A stretch of DNA of 64,000 bases from the human T2T-CHM13v2.0 reference genome, Homo sapiens, in the NCBI RefSeq assembly GCF_009914755.1, contig NC_060925.1. One strand, written 5' to 3'. Under the pieces are notes generated by a model. That model saw only the letters and a program-made list of their open reading frames with translations, was not told the DNA's origin and ran no database searches. The stretch's first letter is position 1; the number at the start of each line of letters is the position of its first letter. Shown in pieces: positions 63,113-64,000 of this stretch. Made by a program: the position numbers and the translations under genes.

Positions 63113-63311
63113 CTGCTGCATCTGCTGCTGGAGTCTCTTCCTTTGTGCTGGGTCCAGAATCAGGGTCTGATGAACTTCCTTACACTGGGGTTTAACCTTC
63201 TCTACCTCCTTCTGCTGTTTGGCTGAAGGTTTCTTCATCTTCAGCTGTTCAAATAGTTCCTTCGCTATCTGATGTTGTTCATTTAGTAGGTTGGCCAGTA
63301 GTTCCTCAAAC
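63113..63311 (-). CDS. YY1AP1: YY1AP1 coding exon (gene continues beyond the window)
   Basis: 199 nt, gatag / gtaaca; [27 protein letters not shown]...RLQQQMQQ. Confidence 0.88.
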
Positions 63312-64000
63312 CTATCCCAAACGGGGATGACTGAATTTGAGTGTTTTCCTAGGTCCACAACACATCCAATTCTTTGCAATGATGAGCAAAGAGCCTGAAC
63401 AATTTTCATTCCCTACTAATCCCCCCTTTTCACTTTAGCCAACAGTCAAACTCCCAGCCTTACACAAATCTTTTCCCAAAGTAGTTAGCATGCATCAAAT
63501 GATTCTGTATTACACCCCATCCCATTCCTCTACAATTCCTCTTCCAAATAATATACAAATGAAGAAAAAATTAAACAAAAAACTAGGGACAGAGAAATAT
63601 ATGGGTAAGAAAGCAGCCAAGGAGCTGGTGGGAACTCATCATTCTCATTTCTTCTCTCATTACTTGTTACTCCCTGGGATGTTACTCCCATCCCAGGTCC
63701 AGCTTGTCCCATTATCCTATCTACTCAGGCTGCACTGCCCTGCTTTCTTAACAAGTCAAAGACTTTCTAGCATGAAGCAGGAAAAGGATATACCAAAATA
63801 ACTGAAGTACATGGTAGTTCAAATGAACAGAACGGAGAAGTTAGTTAAAATATTATCCATGAAGGCTATCTTCTTTTAGCCCTTTAAATTCCTCTTCCAA
63901 GGTTCCTAACCCTAACTTCCCATCCATACCCTCCTGAAAGATTGTTTGCAGGGCTGAAGCAAAAATTCCAATACCTAGCATGTCAGTTCTATGTATGATT

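Noticed and set aside
63490-64000. Possible further YY1AP1 exon or small RNA near the window end
   Set aside because: No in-phase GON4L-like peptide or recognisable snoRNA boxes seen

Overview
Primate (most likely human chr1q22) genomic DNA from the MSTO1-YY1AP1 segmental-duplication unit. Left end: the last three coding exons of MSTO1 (+), tail-to-tail with orphaned 3' exons of a duplicated GON4L copy (-). Right end: seven coding exons of YY1AP1 (-), the 5' half of that same GON4L duplicate. A MER51-type ERV1 provirus (36833-46232) split the large GON4L exon, and its 5' LTR supplies the YY1AP1 stop codon and poly(A) signal. Between the gene halves is a four-level retroviral nest. A Gly-PBS ERV1 provirus contains an L1-retrotransposed (processed, poly(A)-tailed) HERV-W/ERV9-group genome. 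That copy in turn contains the near-intact type-1 HERV-K(HML-2) provirus K102/ERVK-7 (13232-22409) and solo LTRs of HML-1 and HML-3 type; an HML-8 (MER11) solo LTR lies in the outer provirus. Most interesting: the processed non-LTR17 ERV copy, and a latent in-frame splice path through the orphan GON4L exons that could yield a SANT/Myb-domain protein. Family names and comparisons with GON4L or HML-2 consensus come from recall, not from a database search.
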